From Dictyostelium discoideum (Eukaryota), in assembly GCA_000004695.1 (NCBI GenBank), contig CM000154.2, positions 3,488,001 through 3,552,000 of the forward strand: 64,000 nucleotides of DNA, in the 5' to 3' direction. The position numbers and the translations under genes are program-made. Shown here piece by piece: positions 40,640-53,671 of the stretch. The notes beneath the pieces were generated by a model that saw nothing but the letters and a program-made list of their open reading frames with translations, was not told the DNA's origin and searched no databases. The first letter of the stretch is position 1. Each line of letters opens with the position of its first letter.

Positions 40640-41200
40640 TTTCTTGTATGAAAAATTTGAGTTTCATAATAAACAGTAAATTCTTTATTATTTGAAGTTA
40701 ATTCAAAATTATCTAATTTTGTTTTAATTGATTTATAAATTCTTGTTTTTCATTTGGTGGTAAAATTGAGATATAACTTTGACTTAATGAAGAAGCAATT
40801 GTTTTTTCACCAGTTGTAATTTGTGGATTTGGTAATGGTGGTATTAATTCAATAAAATCTGGGTTTAATAAATGGTGTAATTTTGAATCATTTTTAATTT
40901 CATCGAAAACATCTCTCCATTTATCACGTAATGATCGTGTTGGACTGACATTTCCTTCACCACCATGATACTTGGTATCACTATGAAGTCTTAAATTTTT
41001 TCAAATTGAATTGGATTTTTTGAATCTTGTCCAAATTTTAATTTATGCCAAATTATTACTAAAACACCATTGATATTTCCCACCTTTGATATTTCCCTAA
41101 CAGATTCAATATTACTAAACCAATGCCATGCCCAGCATACTGTTATACAGTCTATGAAATTATCAGGTAATGGAATTGATGTTGATAATCCATTTAAAAC
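40640..41200 (-). pseudogene. 5'-truncated, degenerate copy of the adjacent Tmt1-like methyltransferase gene
   Basis: About 560 bp align by eye with the C-terminal two-thirds of gene 41568..42446. Examples are ..cataataaacagtaaattctttattatttgaagtta.., ..catctctccatttatcacgtaatga.. and ..ccctaacagattcaatattactaaaccaatgccatgc... Several indels and substitutions mean no ORF of 60 aa or more survives. The segment encoding SAM-binding motif I is absent. Confidence 0.55.
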
Positions 41201-41567
41201 AAAAAAAAAATAATTTATTTGATTGAAAATTAAATCTTGTTTTTTTTTTTTTATAAGATATTATTTATAGATTAATCAATTATTTTAAAATATTTTATTT
41301 TAATTAAAAAAATTATTAAAAACAGATAAAGATTTTTAATCAAATAAATTTTATTTACCACTTGATTATATTATTATCAAAAAAAAAAAATTAAAAAAAA
41401 AAACTAAAGTTTAAACACATAAATAACTAAATAAAAAAACAGTAAATAACTAACTGTTTTTTTAAAACCAAAAAATAAACCTAAAATTTGAAAAAAAAAA
41501 AAAAAACATAATAGATAAAAAGAAGATATTGATAATTGAGCACTTTATTACAATTTGTATTTTTTTT

Positions 41568-42446
41568 TTAAATGTTTGGTTTTCTAGTATAAAATACTTC
41601 AGTATCATAATAAACAGTAAATTCTTTATTATTTGAAGTTAAATTAAAATTTTCTAAATTTTGTTTTAATTCATTTATAAATTGTTGTTTTTCATTTGGA
41701 GGTAATAATGAAATATAACTCATACTAAGTGATGAGGCAATTGTTTTTTCACCAAAAGTAATTTGAGGGTTTGAGAATGATGGCGATTTTGTAAGATCTG
41801 GATTTAAGTAAATATGAGTGGTTGGATCATTTTTCATTTCATCAAAAACATCTCTCCATTTATCACGTAATGATTTAGTTGGTAAATGATTATTTGCATT
41901 AAATTTTGCATCCCTATGAAGTCTAATAATTCCTTCAAGTTGTTGTGGATTTTTTGAGTTTTCACCAAAGTTTGCAATATTCCAAATTATTGCCAATACA
42001 CCATTTGGTTTTAGTACTCTTGATACTTCCCTAACAGATTCAATATTACTAAACCAATGCCATGCTGTTGCAACTGTAATACAGTCAACTGAATTATCAG
42101 GTAATGGAATTGAAGTTGATAAACCTTCTAATACTTTAAAATTTAATGAATTATTATTTTCAAGTTTTACTTGATTTAAAATATTTTCACATTCTTTTCT
42201 AAAATCACCACTTGGTTCAATACATGTAATATTATTAAAACCACCTTCAATTGCTAAAACTTTTGTAAATTTACCTGGTCCTGATGCTAAATCAACTATA
42301 ACTGAATCATTTGATAATCCTAAACTTTTTATAAATTCAATACATTCTTTTGGATATGATGGTCTACCTTTTGAATAATTATCACTACATTCTTTTGTAT
42401 GATAACCATATGCATTATCTTTTAATTTTAAATTTTCATTAATCAT
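41568..42446 (-). CDS. class I SAM-dependent methyltransferase, trans-aconitate methyltransferase (Tmt1)-like, 292 aa
   Basis: GRPSYP motif near the N-terminus. Motif I is VDLASGPGKFT. Motif post I/II is ..VDCITVATAWHWF... The overall pattern fits the yeast Tmt1/Crg1 family. Confidence 0.75.
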   Translation of the reverse strand: MINENLKLKDNAYGYHTKECSDNYSKGRPSYPKECIEFIKSLGLSNDSVIVDLASGPGKFTKVLAIEGGFNNITCIEPSGDFRKECENILNQVKLENNNSLNFKVLEGLSTSIPLPDNSVDCITVATAWHWFSNIESVREVSRVLKPNGVLAIIWNIANFGENSKNPQQLEGIIRLHRDAKFNANNHLPTKSLRDKWRDVFDEMKNDPTTHIYLNPDLTKSPSFSNPQITFGEKTIASSLSMSYISLLPPNEKQQFINELKQNLENFNLTSNNKEFTVYYDTEVFYTRKPNI

Positions 42447-42570
42447 TTTTTAAATAAAAAAAATAAAATAAAAAATATATATAATAACAATGTTAATTAA
42501 AAAAAATAATAATAATAAAAATTAAAAAAAAAAAAAATAAAAAAAAAAAAAAAAAAAAAAGGATCTTTTA

Positions 42571-42618
<48 letters not shown>

Positions 42619-42852
42619 AATAAAATAAAAAAAAAATATCTTGTCACAAGTGTCACCAAAATTAATAAAAAAAAAATAAAAAAAAATAAAAAATTCTGAT
42701 TGGAAATTTGTTAAACTTGTACCAAAAAAAAAAAAAAAACAATGTCAGCTATTCACACTGGTTTAGTTAAAAAAATGATAATAATTTTATTTTATTTTTA
42801 TTATTATTTATTATTTTTTTTTTTTTTTATTTTATTTTATTTTTTTTAAATT

Positions 42853-43707
42853 TTAAACAATTGGTTTTTTTGTAAAATAAACCTCAGTTTGATAAATCAT
42901 TGGAAAATCTTTATTATCTTTTGAATCTTCAAGTGAATCTAAACTTTTTTTAATCATTGAAACAAGTTTATCTTTCTTTTCTTGAGGGAATAAGGCAATG
43001 AAAGAAATTGAAAGTGTTGTTGCAATTATTTTTTCACAATTTGTGATTTGTTCATTTTTAAATTTTCTTAATTGTAAATTTGGATCAATTAAAGTTTTTG
43101 AGAGAGTTTCATCATTTTTAATATCTTCAAAGACTTGTTTCCATTTACCAGTTCTGAATTTTGGTGAATTGTCATCTGTATATTGTTTATTATTTCTGAA
43201 TAATTCCATTGTACTTTGAAAAATTGGATTATCATCCTCGGATAAATTATTCCAAATTAAGTATAAAACACCACCTGGTTTAAGTACCCTTGTAATTTCT
43301 TTAATTGCATCAACATTATCATACCAATGAAAACTTTGTGCTGCACATATACAATCGAATGTACTATTTTCAAATGGTAATGATGTTGCTAACCCATTCA
43401 CTACTTGAATATCCTTATTTTTATCATCAATAAATTCTTTTAAAACATATGAACAATCAACACGAAATTCTGGACTTGGTTCAACACAAACCACATTTTT
43501 AAAATCAGCTTCACAAATCATTTTTGAAAATTTTCCAGTACCACATGCTAAATCCATAATTTTTGAATCAATAGTTAATCCTAAATCTTCTTTTAACATT
43601 TTAATTGCTTCAATTGGATATGATGGACGACCTTTAACATAATTTGATGAAACATCTTTATCATGATATGCTTTTGCATTTGAATGTAAATTTAAAATTT
43701 CTGTCAT
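42853..43707 (-). CDS. class I SAM-dependent methyltransferase, Tmt1-like paralog, 284 aa
   Basis: Paralog of 41568..42446 with GRPSYP, MDLACGTGKFS and FDCICAAQSFHWY. Track ORF 42998..43219(+) is antisense and spurious. Confidence 0.75.
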   Translation of the reverse strand: MTEILNLHSNAKAYHDKDVSSNYVKGRPSYPIEAIKMLKEDLGLTIDSKIMDLACGTGKFSKMICEADFKNVVCVEPSPEFRVDCSYVLKEFIDDKNKDIQVVNGLATSLPFENSTFDCICAAQSFHWYDNVDAIKEITRVLKPGGVLYLIWNNLSEDDNPIFQSTMELFRNNKQYTDDNSPKFRTGKWKQVFEDIKNDETLSKTLIDPNLQLRKFKNEQITNCEKIIATTLSISFIALFPQEKKDKLVSMIKKSLDSLEDSKDNKDFPMIYQTEVYFTKKPIV

Positions 43708-44203
43708 TTTCTTTTTAAAATCTTAATTAATTTAATTTAAATCTTATAATTTTATAAAGTGTTTTTTTTATTTATATTTTAAATTTTAATTGGTGTGTTT
43801 AGAAAAAAAAAAAAAAAAACTTTTTATACCAAAAAAAAAATCTTTTTTTTTTTTTTTTTTAATTTTATTTTATTTTAATTTTTATTTTATTTTTTTACAA
43901 CTGAAAAATCATCAGAGGCCTTGTAACCTTCTAACGAAACAAAAAAGGTAAAAAAGTCAAAAAATAAAAAAATATTATTAAAAAGAAAAACAATTAAAAA
44001 AATATACCACTATCATAGTGAAATTAAAAATAGTTATGAAAATAAGATTTTACCACATTCGTTTTATTTTTAAATTTTAAAAATAAACTTATATAACCTT
44101 ACAACTAAAACAAATCAAAATAATAAAAAAAGGGATTGCGAATTTATGATTTTATAATTTTTTTATTTTTTTTTTATTTTATATTTTTTTTATTTTTTTT
44201 CTT

Positions 44204-44300
44204 TTAATTTAGTGCTGTACCAACGGTTGGTGTAGGTTCACGATTAAAAGTTTTAGTTCCTCTCAAAGTTTTAAATATTCTTTTTGAAAATGATGTATTA

Positions 44301-44340
<40 letters not shown>

Positions 44341-47300
44341 TTTCATTTGAATTATTATTATTATTATTATTATTTGATAAATTTGAAATTGGAGTTGAAG
44401 TTAAATTTGGACTATTATTAACATTCCCACTATTATCACCACTACTATTAGTTTGACTATTTTGATCACTTAAATTTGGATGTAAAGTTGGAACTAGAGG
44501 TGAAGAAAATATTGAAATTCTTGATTTTGTACCACGTACAGGCATTGTTAATGACATTGCTTTTTTTTTTGAAGGTGATTGTAAAACTACTGTTATATCT
44601 GCTTTTGGTTTTTGTTGTTCTAATAATTCTTTCTCTTTTTGTTCTCTTTCTTTTTGATCCCTCTTTTTTTCTTTCTCCAATTTTCTTTCAGCTCTTTCTT
44701 TTTGTTTCTTTTCTTTTTCTAATTTTCTTTTTTCTTTTTCTTGTTTTCTTAATTCTTTTTCAAGTTTACTAGCTGATGTAATTGCTGTTGATGAAGTAGT
44801 TGTAGTTGTTGTAGCCAATAAAGATGATTCATCGATTGGGTCAAGTAATGTTTGTTGTTGTTGTTGTTGTTGTAATTGGTTTTGATTTTGAGAAATTGAA
44901 GATTGAGAATCTGATTCCATACTATAAGTTATAGTTTCATTTGGTTGTTCTTGTTGTTCTAGTTCTTGTTGTTCTTGTTGTTCTTGTTGTTGTTGTTGTT
45001 TTTGTAGTTGTTGTTGTTCGATTTGTTGTTGTTCATGTTGTAGCTGTTGTTCTTGTTGTTGCTGTTGTTCTTGTTGTTGTTCTAATTGACTTTGTTCATT
45101 TTGTTGGTTAATTTCTGAACTTGATTCCATTTGATTATTTGGATGTTGTGATGTAAATTGATTCATTTCATCTTGTTCTTGTTTAATATCATCACCACTT
45201 GGAGATTTCAATTTATCATTATTAACTTGAACTGATTCATTTATAGTTTCATCTTTTGTTGGTGTGGTAGTAGTTGTTGTTGTTGTTGTTGTTGTAGGTG
45301 TAGTAGAGGCATTTGTAAGTGTTGTGGTATTTCTAGGTGTAGTTGAAGTGTTTGTAAGTGTTGTGGTATTTGTAGGTGTAGTTGTTGTTGTTGTTATTGT
45401 TTCATTTATTTTAATATCTGGTTGAGTAATTGAATTTGAAGATGTAGATAATGATTTTCTTTTTGAAGATGAGGAAGTTCTTGATCTTGAAGATTTTGAA
45501 GATTTTTCTTTTGAATCCTTCTCATCAGTTGATTTACGATGATGATGATGGTGATGGTGATGATGGTGATGATGATGATGTTTACTACTACTACCACTAC
45601 TACCACTTGAACTACCACTAGCACCATCTTTTGATCTTCTTGATCTTTTTTTCTTTTGAAAAGCAATTAAATCACCATTAACATATGATACACCTAATGA
45701 ATGAGCTATTAAAGTATTTGATTTTCTACTTGCTTTTGGTGGATTTCTCCATTTCAAAAAATAATCAGACCATAATTGAACACCCTTTGGATTTGGAAAT
45801 AATACACCATCATCATTATTATTTTTAAATTGTAATTGTTGATCTAATGTAGTTGAATTTGTTAAAGGTATTGAAGTAGTGGCAGTAAGATTGGTGGTAG
45901 AAGAAGTTTCATTTGATAATTGTTGATTAAATAATGGATTTAATAAAGATGAATTCTTTTGAGCAGATAATAATAAAGTCCATAATGATTGAGTTTCAGT
46001 TGGTAAATTATTTTGTTGTCTTTCTTTTTCAGAATCATATAAAAAAGTACCAAAAAGATTCGAATTTAAATGATGAAGAATCACTGATAAGAAACTATCG
46101 GAAAATTCAAAACTAGTTGGAAATTGTTTAGTTAATTGCCAAACTACATCAATAAATTGAAGGAATACTGGTGAAGTTTGTTTTGATGAAGTTGTTGTTG
46201 TTGTTGTGGTAGTTGCATTTGACGAAATAGATGTATTTGAACTTGATGATGTTAATTGGCCATTTGATGATGAATTTGTTGTTGTTGTTGAAGTTGAAGA
46301 AATTGATTGACCATTTCTTGTCATAAATTTATGACCAAATGATAACCATTCCTTTGAAATCAATACAATGAAACCTTTAATAGTACGATAATATGGATCA
46401 GCACATAATTGAACCAGTGATGATAATTGACAAGTTCTATCCCAACCATCAATACAATGAATTAAGCATGAAAATCCTTCCAAATGTAAATGAGTTAGAA
46501 TTTTCTTTGTAACCATTAATAGTTTACTTAATTGATCTAACCAACCAGTAGATTGAATTTCTGACCAACCTTTCTTTTCATTCCAATTTCTAATCACTTT
46601 AAATAATTTCAATTGTGATTCACGTAATTCATGAATATTCGATAAACATTCACTTTCAATTTGACATTGACTATAATGTGAAATATCTTCACAATGTGAT
46701 GAAGATGATGAAGTTGGTGATGATGAAGTTGATTTAATATCAATTATATATAAAGTTTGTTGTTGTTGTTGTGGTTGTTGTTGTTGATTATTATTATTTG
46801 GTAAAATTGTTTTTGATTTTCTAATTGCTTGAATTAATAATTCATCTTCTTCACAACGTGATTTACCAGTTTGTTGAGAAGAACGTGATAAAGTTGCATG
46901 GGTTTGTTTATGTCTCCAAGTTACAACAGGGAATCTATTTTTATTTCTATGTGAAGATGATTTATTTAAAAGGTAATCTGAAATTGAGAATGGTATTATA
47001 AAATGTTGAGGATAAGTTGAACATAATTCATATTTACTATTCATTTTAGTTAGCCTCCATTCATCACTACCATTACTATTACCAATTAATCCTTGACGAG
47101 TATATTCTTCAATTGGATCATAAAATAACCAACCATCAATTGGTGATATAACACCTTTAAATGGTGAATAACTCATTGAAAACAATTGATTACTATCTTG
47201 ATAATTATTACAAATTAATTTATTCATTAATTCAAATGCTTCATTACCTTTTTCATTAAATGGTAAACAATATCTTGTTATCATAAAATCTTTACATCTA

Positions 47301-47877
47301 ATCTCTAAAATTAATGCTTTCTCTGATACACCATTAGAATACCATGTATTTGTACTACAATTACCATTAGTTGAAGAAGTTGTTGTTGTTGTTGTTGTCG
47401 TTGATGATAAAGTTGGTGAATTTGTCGATGTTGATGATTCATTTAAATTTATTGGTGTTGAATTTGATTTTAATAATCTTGATCTACTTGATGTTGATGG
47501 TTGTGTCAAACTATTCATTAAATTATTATTATTAATATTATTATTACCATTATTATTGTTATTATTATTATTATTATTATTATTTAAATTTTCATTTTGT
47601 GAAGGCTGTTTTTCAAGTGAAAATGAATTTAATTGGTCTGTCGATGAATTATTACTTTTATTAATATTATTATTATTATTATTATTGGTATTATTATTAT
47701 TATTATTATTATTATTGTTGTTGTTGTTGTTGTTGTTTGGGGTAGTATTATCGTGATATTTTACAGTAACATGGCCTTTTAATTTTTTAATTTGTAATAA
47801 TTGTCCATTTGCTATTGTTGAAACTAGTTGCTAATTTTATTTTTTAAAAAAAAAAAAAAAAAATGGGTGAGTATGAA

Positions 47878-47955
<78 letters not shown>

Positions 47956-48386
47956 TTTAAAAAATACAAACTCTTGTAGAGTCGTCAATGAAAAACATTT
48001 GGTAATTTGTTTGATATAATGTACCAATTCTATGAGTAGTTGTCGTTAGTGATAAATTTACCACATTTTTTGTAATCATTAATACAAACTCTCCTGGTAA
48101 TAATGTAAAATTTTCAACCATTGTTGGTTGCGGTCTATCATAATTTGGTGTTTCCTTAAAATTAAAAAAATACAAAAAAAAATAAAAAAATAAAAAAAAA
48201 AAATTAGATTAAATAATTAATTAATAAATAGTTTTTTTTTTCAAAAACTTACATCATCAAAACTTGGATAATCAAAATCTTGAGTTTCAAAATCTTCACT
48301 TATTACTGGTGCTTTATTTTTTGTAATTATATTTTGTGAATTTATACGAGCAATTACTGAACCCAAAGCATTATTATTATCATTTT

Positions 48387-48390
<4 letters not shown>
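44204..48390 (-). CDS. myotubularin-related phosphoinositide phosphatase with long low-complexity coiled-coil C-terminus, at least 3 exons (48390..48253 with unresolved 5' end, 48154..47972, 47830..44204)
   Basis: Active-site loop is HCIDGWDRTCQLSSL (CX5R intact), followed by SFGHKF. The PH-GRAM segment LLPGEFVLMITKNVV..GTLYQTNYQMFFIDDSTR lies in exon 48154..47972 and ends in phase 0 at a GTTTGT donor. The acceptor ..aaaattag at 47831 gives frame continuity into track ORF 44204..47518, and the open frame upstream of M47518 confirms this. A further upstream exon ..RENDNNNALGSVIARINSQNIITKNKAPVISEDFETQDFDYPSFDD ends in phase 0 at a GTAAGT donor (48252), but it has no in-frame ATG. Confidence 0.7.
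47879..47953. repeat. poly(A) homopolymer, ~75 nt, inside an MTMR intron
   Basis: Direct reading. It lies between the minus-strand donor at 47971 and the acceptor at 47831. Confidence 0.9.
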
Positions 48391-48434
<44 letters not shown>

Positions 48435-48865
48435 GAATAGTTTTTATTTTATTTTATTTATTATTATAATTATTATTTTTGTTATTATTATTATTATTAT
48501 TATTATTTTTAATTTTAAAAAAAGTTTGTTTTTTTTTTTTTTTTTTTTTTTTTTTTATTATAATAAATAAATATTTTAATTTTTGATTTTAATTCTATTT
48601 TATTCAAAATATTGAAAAAAATTTTAAAAAATATAAATATTACTGTTTTCGATATTATTATTATAAATATTATTGATGTTGTTGATGTTGTTGATTTTTT
48701 TTTTATTGTTATTTAATTATTAAAAATAAATAAATAAATTTTTTTATTATTATTTAATTAATTTATTACTATTGTTTAAAATTTTTAAAATGGAGTTGGA
48801 AAAAATAAAAAAAAAATTATTTATTATATTAAAAGATAAAATGAGTGAAAAAACAAATATTTAAA

Positions 48866-48869
48866 AAAA

Positions 48870-48925
<56 letters not shown>
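48866..48925. repeat. (AAAT)n microsatellite, ~15 units
   Basis: Direct reading. Confidence 0.9.
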
Positions 48926-50385
48926 ATATTATATTATATATATATATATATAAATATATTTAATATTATATTAACAATATTTAAAATGTTACAAAAAAAA
49001 AAAAAAAATTAAAAATAATTTTTAAAAAACAAATAAATATAAATATATATTAATTTGTGATGATTGAAATTATAATTTAAATTAAAAAACAACAATTGTA
49101 AACTATCTAAAAAAATAGGTGATGGGTAAATTCCTATATATTTATATGGGCAAAGGTGAGGTATTTTTGAAATTTAATTTTATTAAAAAAAATAATAAAA
49201 TAATAAAAAAAAAAAAGAAATAAAAAAAAATAATAAAAAAAATAATAAAATAAAAAAAATAATAAAAAAAAGATATCAAAATGGTGAGTATTTATAGAGT
49301 TTTATATATAAATATGTGTGTGTTTTAGTGTGTGTGTATAAGTTTGATGTAGGATGATAGTGGTGACAATATAATTTTTATTCAATTTTTTTTTTTTTTT
49401 TTTTTTATTATTATTTTATTATTATTTTTTTAAATACAAGAGCCCTGAAATGGTGTATTTTTATGGGGTGAGTGTGTTATTATGAAAAAAAGTGAGTTGT
49501 AGGTAGTGACATTAGAAAAAAAAAAATATTAATAAAAAAAAATAAATGTTAGTAAAAATTTGTTTTTTTTTTTTTTTTTTTTTTTTTTTATTAAAGGAAT
49601 AAAATTAAGTGTTTGAGGTGTGTGTGATCTTTCAATAAAATAATAATAACTATTTAAATTAAATTCCACCCACTCTCCCACACTTTTTCACACACACATT
49701 ATCTGTGTTTTTATTTGAAAACTAATTATAGGAATACAAATTGTAAATTAAATTAATTTTTTTTTATTTTTTTATATACTTACCATACTTTTTTTTTAAT
49801 AATAACAACAATAATGATAATAATATAGTAGTTCTCGATGAAATTAATTATTGTAAAAATAACCAACAAAAAGTAATTTAACAACAATTGATTTAATTAT
49901 AATAAAACAAACTATTTCCATTTCCTTTTATAGTCTTTTTTTTTCAAAGTTAATTTTGTTTTATTTAATATTTTATTACTTACATATTAAATATTATTAT
50001 TATTTTGAATTTATTATTATTTTGAATTTAACTTACAAATAAATAATTAATAGATGAAAATAAATAAATAAAAATAAAAATAAAAAAATAAAAATAAAAA
50101 TAAAATAAAATAAATTTTATTTCTAAAATTAGTGCAACCTTTTTTTTTTTTTTTTTTTTAGGCCACAGAATTAAACCAAAAAATAAAAAAAATCTATATG
50201 AATTTGGTAAATAAATTTTGTTTTATCTTTTATCTGAATAAAAAATCAATTAATATTTACCTCTTTTTCTTTTATTAAAAAAAATAAAAAAAAAAAAAAT
50301 AAAAAATTAAAAACAAAAAAAAAAAAAAAAATTTATTATTATTATTATTATTATTTTTATTTATTAATAATTAAATAGTTTACAT

Positions 50386-51090
50386 TTATTTTTGAGTTTT
50401 TTGGGTTAGTTCTTGTTGTTGTTGTTGTTGTAATTGTTGTTGTTTTAATTGTTTATTATGAATTTTTGGATCTCTTGATTTACCATATTTTTTTAAATCT
50501 TTTAAATATTGTTTCATTCTTGAGTATTTTGTTTGACCTAATTGAAAAAGGTATTGCCAACTATAAATACCAGTATCATGTAAATCGTCAAACACTAGTC
50601 TAATAGCATAATTACCAACTCTTTCAATTCTAATGATACCAACATCTCTTCTACCACTAGTTATCATTGATGATCCTTTTTTACTTTTTTCAACTGATGG
50701 AGTTTCAATACGTAGTAATTCTGATGAAAATGAATATTTTATTATTTCACTTTTTTCATTATTATTATTGTTATTATTATTATTATTATCACTATTATTT
50801 TTATTCTCAAATGATATTTCTAATCTCTATAAAATTTTTACATTTGTGGTTTTTTTTTTTTTTTATTATTATTATTTTTATTATTATTATTTTTTAATAT
50901 TTTTTTTATTTTCTTTTTTTTTTTAAATAAATTTGCATACCTTTCCTTTTTCAGATAATTTTATCTCTGTTGGAAATACATTTTTGGTAGTATAAACCCT
51001 TCCAAAATAAGAAACTTTGCTATTATTAAAATAAAGTTTATTGTTATTATAACTATTAAATAAACCCCTTTTAATAGAGTTAACTATCAT
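50386..51090 (-). CDS. DUF971-family protein (gamma-butyrobetaine hydroxylase N-terminal-like domain), 196 aa, 2 exons (51090..50941, 50826..50386)
   Basis: Track ORF 50386..50667 carries the C-terminal DUF971 core ..IERVGNYAIRLVFDDLHDTGIYSWQYL... The frame stays open upstream of that M, through ..YSFSSELLRIETPS.., to an acceptor ..tttatag at 50827. Upstream exon MIVNSIKRGLFNSYNNNKLYFNNSKVSYFGRVYTTKNVFPTEIKLSEKGK ends in phase 0 at a GTATGC donor (50940). Intron is 114 nt. Confidence 0.5.
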
Positions 51091-51160
51091 TTGGTAAGAT
51101 CAAAACAAAATTTGTAAAAATAAAAAAATCATCAAAAAATTTGTAAATGAAAAATAAAAA

Positions 51161-51200
<40 letters not shown>

Positions 51201-51674
51201 AAAAATGTTTTTTTTTTTTTTTTTTTATTTTTTTTTTTTATTTATTAAACTTACAAACTTTGCACTGGATTATTTGATCATTTTTTAAAGTTATCAAAAT
51301 ATTTTATTTCCAAATAAAAAAAATAAAAAACTCAAAATCTTGTGTATTTTTCTTTAAAAAAAAAAAAAAAAAAAAAATCAGATAATTAAAAAAATTAAAA
51401 TCCAAGGTCATAATTTTAATTGATTTAATTTTTTTTTTTTTATTTATTTATTTATTCATTTATTTATTTATTTATTTTATTTTTATTTTTTTATTTTTTT
51501 AATCGTTAATATTAACAACTAATTTTAATATAAAAAATTTTTATCAAAATAATCTTTAAAATAGATAATCATTATTGATTTAATCTCATTGTCTTTATTT
51601 GGTATAATTTAAAATAACATAACATATAGTATTATAATAAGGAATCTTTTAAATAAAATAAAAAAAAAAATAAA

Positions 51675-51774
51675 NNNNNNNNNNNNNNNNNNNNNNNNNN
51701 NNNNNNNNNNNNNNNNNNNNNNNNNNNNNNNNNNNNNNNNNNNNNNNNNNNNNNNNNNNNNNNNNNNNNNNNNN
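51675..51774. other. assembly gap (100 N)
   Basis: Run of n characters. Confidence 1.
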
Positions 51775-51776
51775 CA

Positions 51777-51911
51777 AAATTATCATTAAAATCATCGAAT
51801 TCATCAATTAATAAAAATAATTGTTTATCATTTGATGAAACTTTTAATACAATTGTTTCTACAAATTCAACTTCTCAAGTTTTTACTCGTCCTCATTATG
51901 TTGGATATTAA
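51777..51911 (+). CDS. 3'-terminal fragment of a plus-strand CDS whose body lies in or upstream of the gap
   Basis: Immediately after the N-gap one frame reads KLSLKSSNSSINKNNCLSFDETFNTIVSTNSTSQVFTRPHYVGY then a stop, while the other two frames hit stops within 12 codons. Confidence 0.2.
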   Translation, partial: KLSLKSSNSSINKNNCLSFDETFNTIVSTNSTSQVFTRPHYVGY

Positions 51912-52224
51912 ATATTAAAAAAATTAAAAAATCTTATTTATTTATTTATTTATTGTCACGACAAATATTAATTTATGTTTATTATTATATATTTTTTTAA
52001 AAAAAAAAAAAAAATTAAATAAATTTAAAATTCTCTTTTTTTTACAATGCGTATTAATTTAATTAAATAAAATTACATTTCCTTTTTTTATTGTACTTGT
52101 TTTAATTAAAAATTAGAATTTTTGTAAATTAGTTTTTATTTTATTTTTACTATTTTTATTTTATTTTTACTTTTTTAATTTTATTTTCACTTTTTTTATT
52201 TCAATCTTGGATTATAAAATCTTT

Positions 52225-52256
<32 letters not shown>

Positions 52257-52441
52257 CTTGGATTTTATTTATTTATTTATGTTTTATTAAATTATAATAA
52301 TATTTTAAAAATTAATTTATTTTAAAATGATTATAAAATTAGCAATGGCCATTTTATTTTAAAAGGATATTAAAAATTAGACATATTTTTATTTATTGTT
52401 TTATTCTCTACACTTTTGAGTAGTACAATTTTTTATTTGTA

Positions 52442-52478
<37 letters not shown>

Positions 52479-53490
52479 AAATAATTAAAATAAATTTGTG
52501 GTAAAAAAAATAACAATAATTATTTCAATTATTATTTTTAATAAATTTTCATTTATCATTATTTCATCGTAAAAATTTTAAATGATAAAAAAAAATAAGG
52601 ATAACCCTATGTATATATATATAATTTTTACAAATTTAATATTGTATAATAAAATACACTTATAAAAAATTATATTTTTTTATTTATCCATTATTATATA
52701 TAATACATAAAAAAAATAATACATACCTACACACAAGCATACTCACACACGCACACTCCCACATATTTTTTATAAATATTCACACTCACTATCGAATCAA
52801 AAAATTAATGATTTTATTTTTCAATTATATTAATTAGTAATTAATTTCATATTGCTATACAATATTGAATTCTAAAAAACTAAAATAAAAAATATCATCA
52901 TTTGATTTTTAATTGTTTGTAAATAAATGTTGATGACATTAATTTTATTATTAAAAGTATAAAATTTAATTTTCATTTAATTTTTAAATTCTTACTTGTA
53001 TAAAAAATTCCTTTTTTTTTGTTGTTTTAAATTCAAACACAATAGAAATTGAAATAAAATGAAAATGATTAAAAAAAAAAAAATAATTAAAAAAATAAAA
53101 AAAAAAAAAAAAAAAAAAACACTCTTGGAAAATTTAATTTTACTTTTGCTTGTTGATGAGGGAAGACATTCTCATCCTTGTTTTTTTATTTTTACCTCAA
53201 GGAATATCACTCTATAAAATAATACATAAAAATTTAATGTCAATAAAAATATAACAACAACAACAAGGAAACCTTTATTTTTTTCAACAAGGTTTTCATT
53301 TTCTTAATAAAATAAAAAATTAAAAAATAAAAAAAAAAATAAAAAAATGATTAAATAAATAAAAAAAGTTAAAATGAGATATATAAATATTTTTATTTTT
53401 ATTTTTTATTTTTTTAAAAAAAGATCAAAATCAAAAAACATAAAATAATAAAAACAATCAATATAACCTTCATCAACAATCAATTAATCA

Positions 53491-53528
<38 letters not shown>

Positions 53529-53623
53529 ATGTTATCAAGTATGTATAAATCTTAATATTCAAAAAAAACAATTAGAATCTTTACATTTTAGTTTGCAGTA
53601 ATTCTAATATTATTATTTAATCC

Positions 53624-53671
<48 letters not shown>

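Noticed and set aside
44476-46116. Plus-strand ORFs 44476..44772 and 45934..46116, and minus ORF 45406..45666, within the MTMR gene
   Set aside because: Antisense or out-of-frame readings of the coiled-coil/His-rich repeats of the sense gene.
48381-48383. ATG at plus 48381..48383 (minus strand) as the MTMR initiator
   Set aside because: It is one nucleotide out of frame with the downstream exon and leads to a stop after 9 codons. I kept it only as evidence of a possible homopolymer or assembly error.
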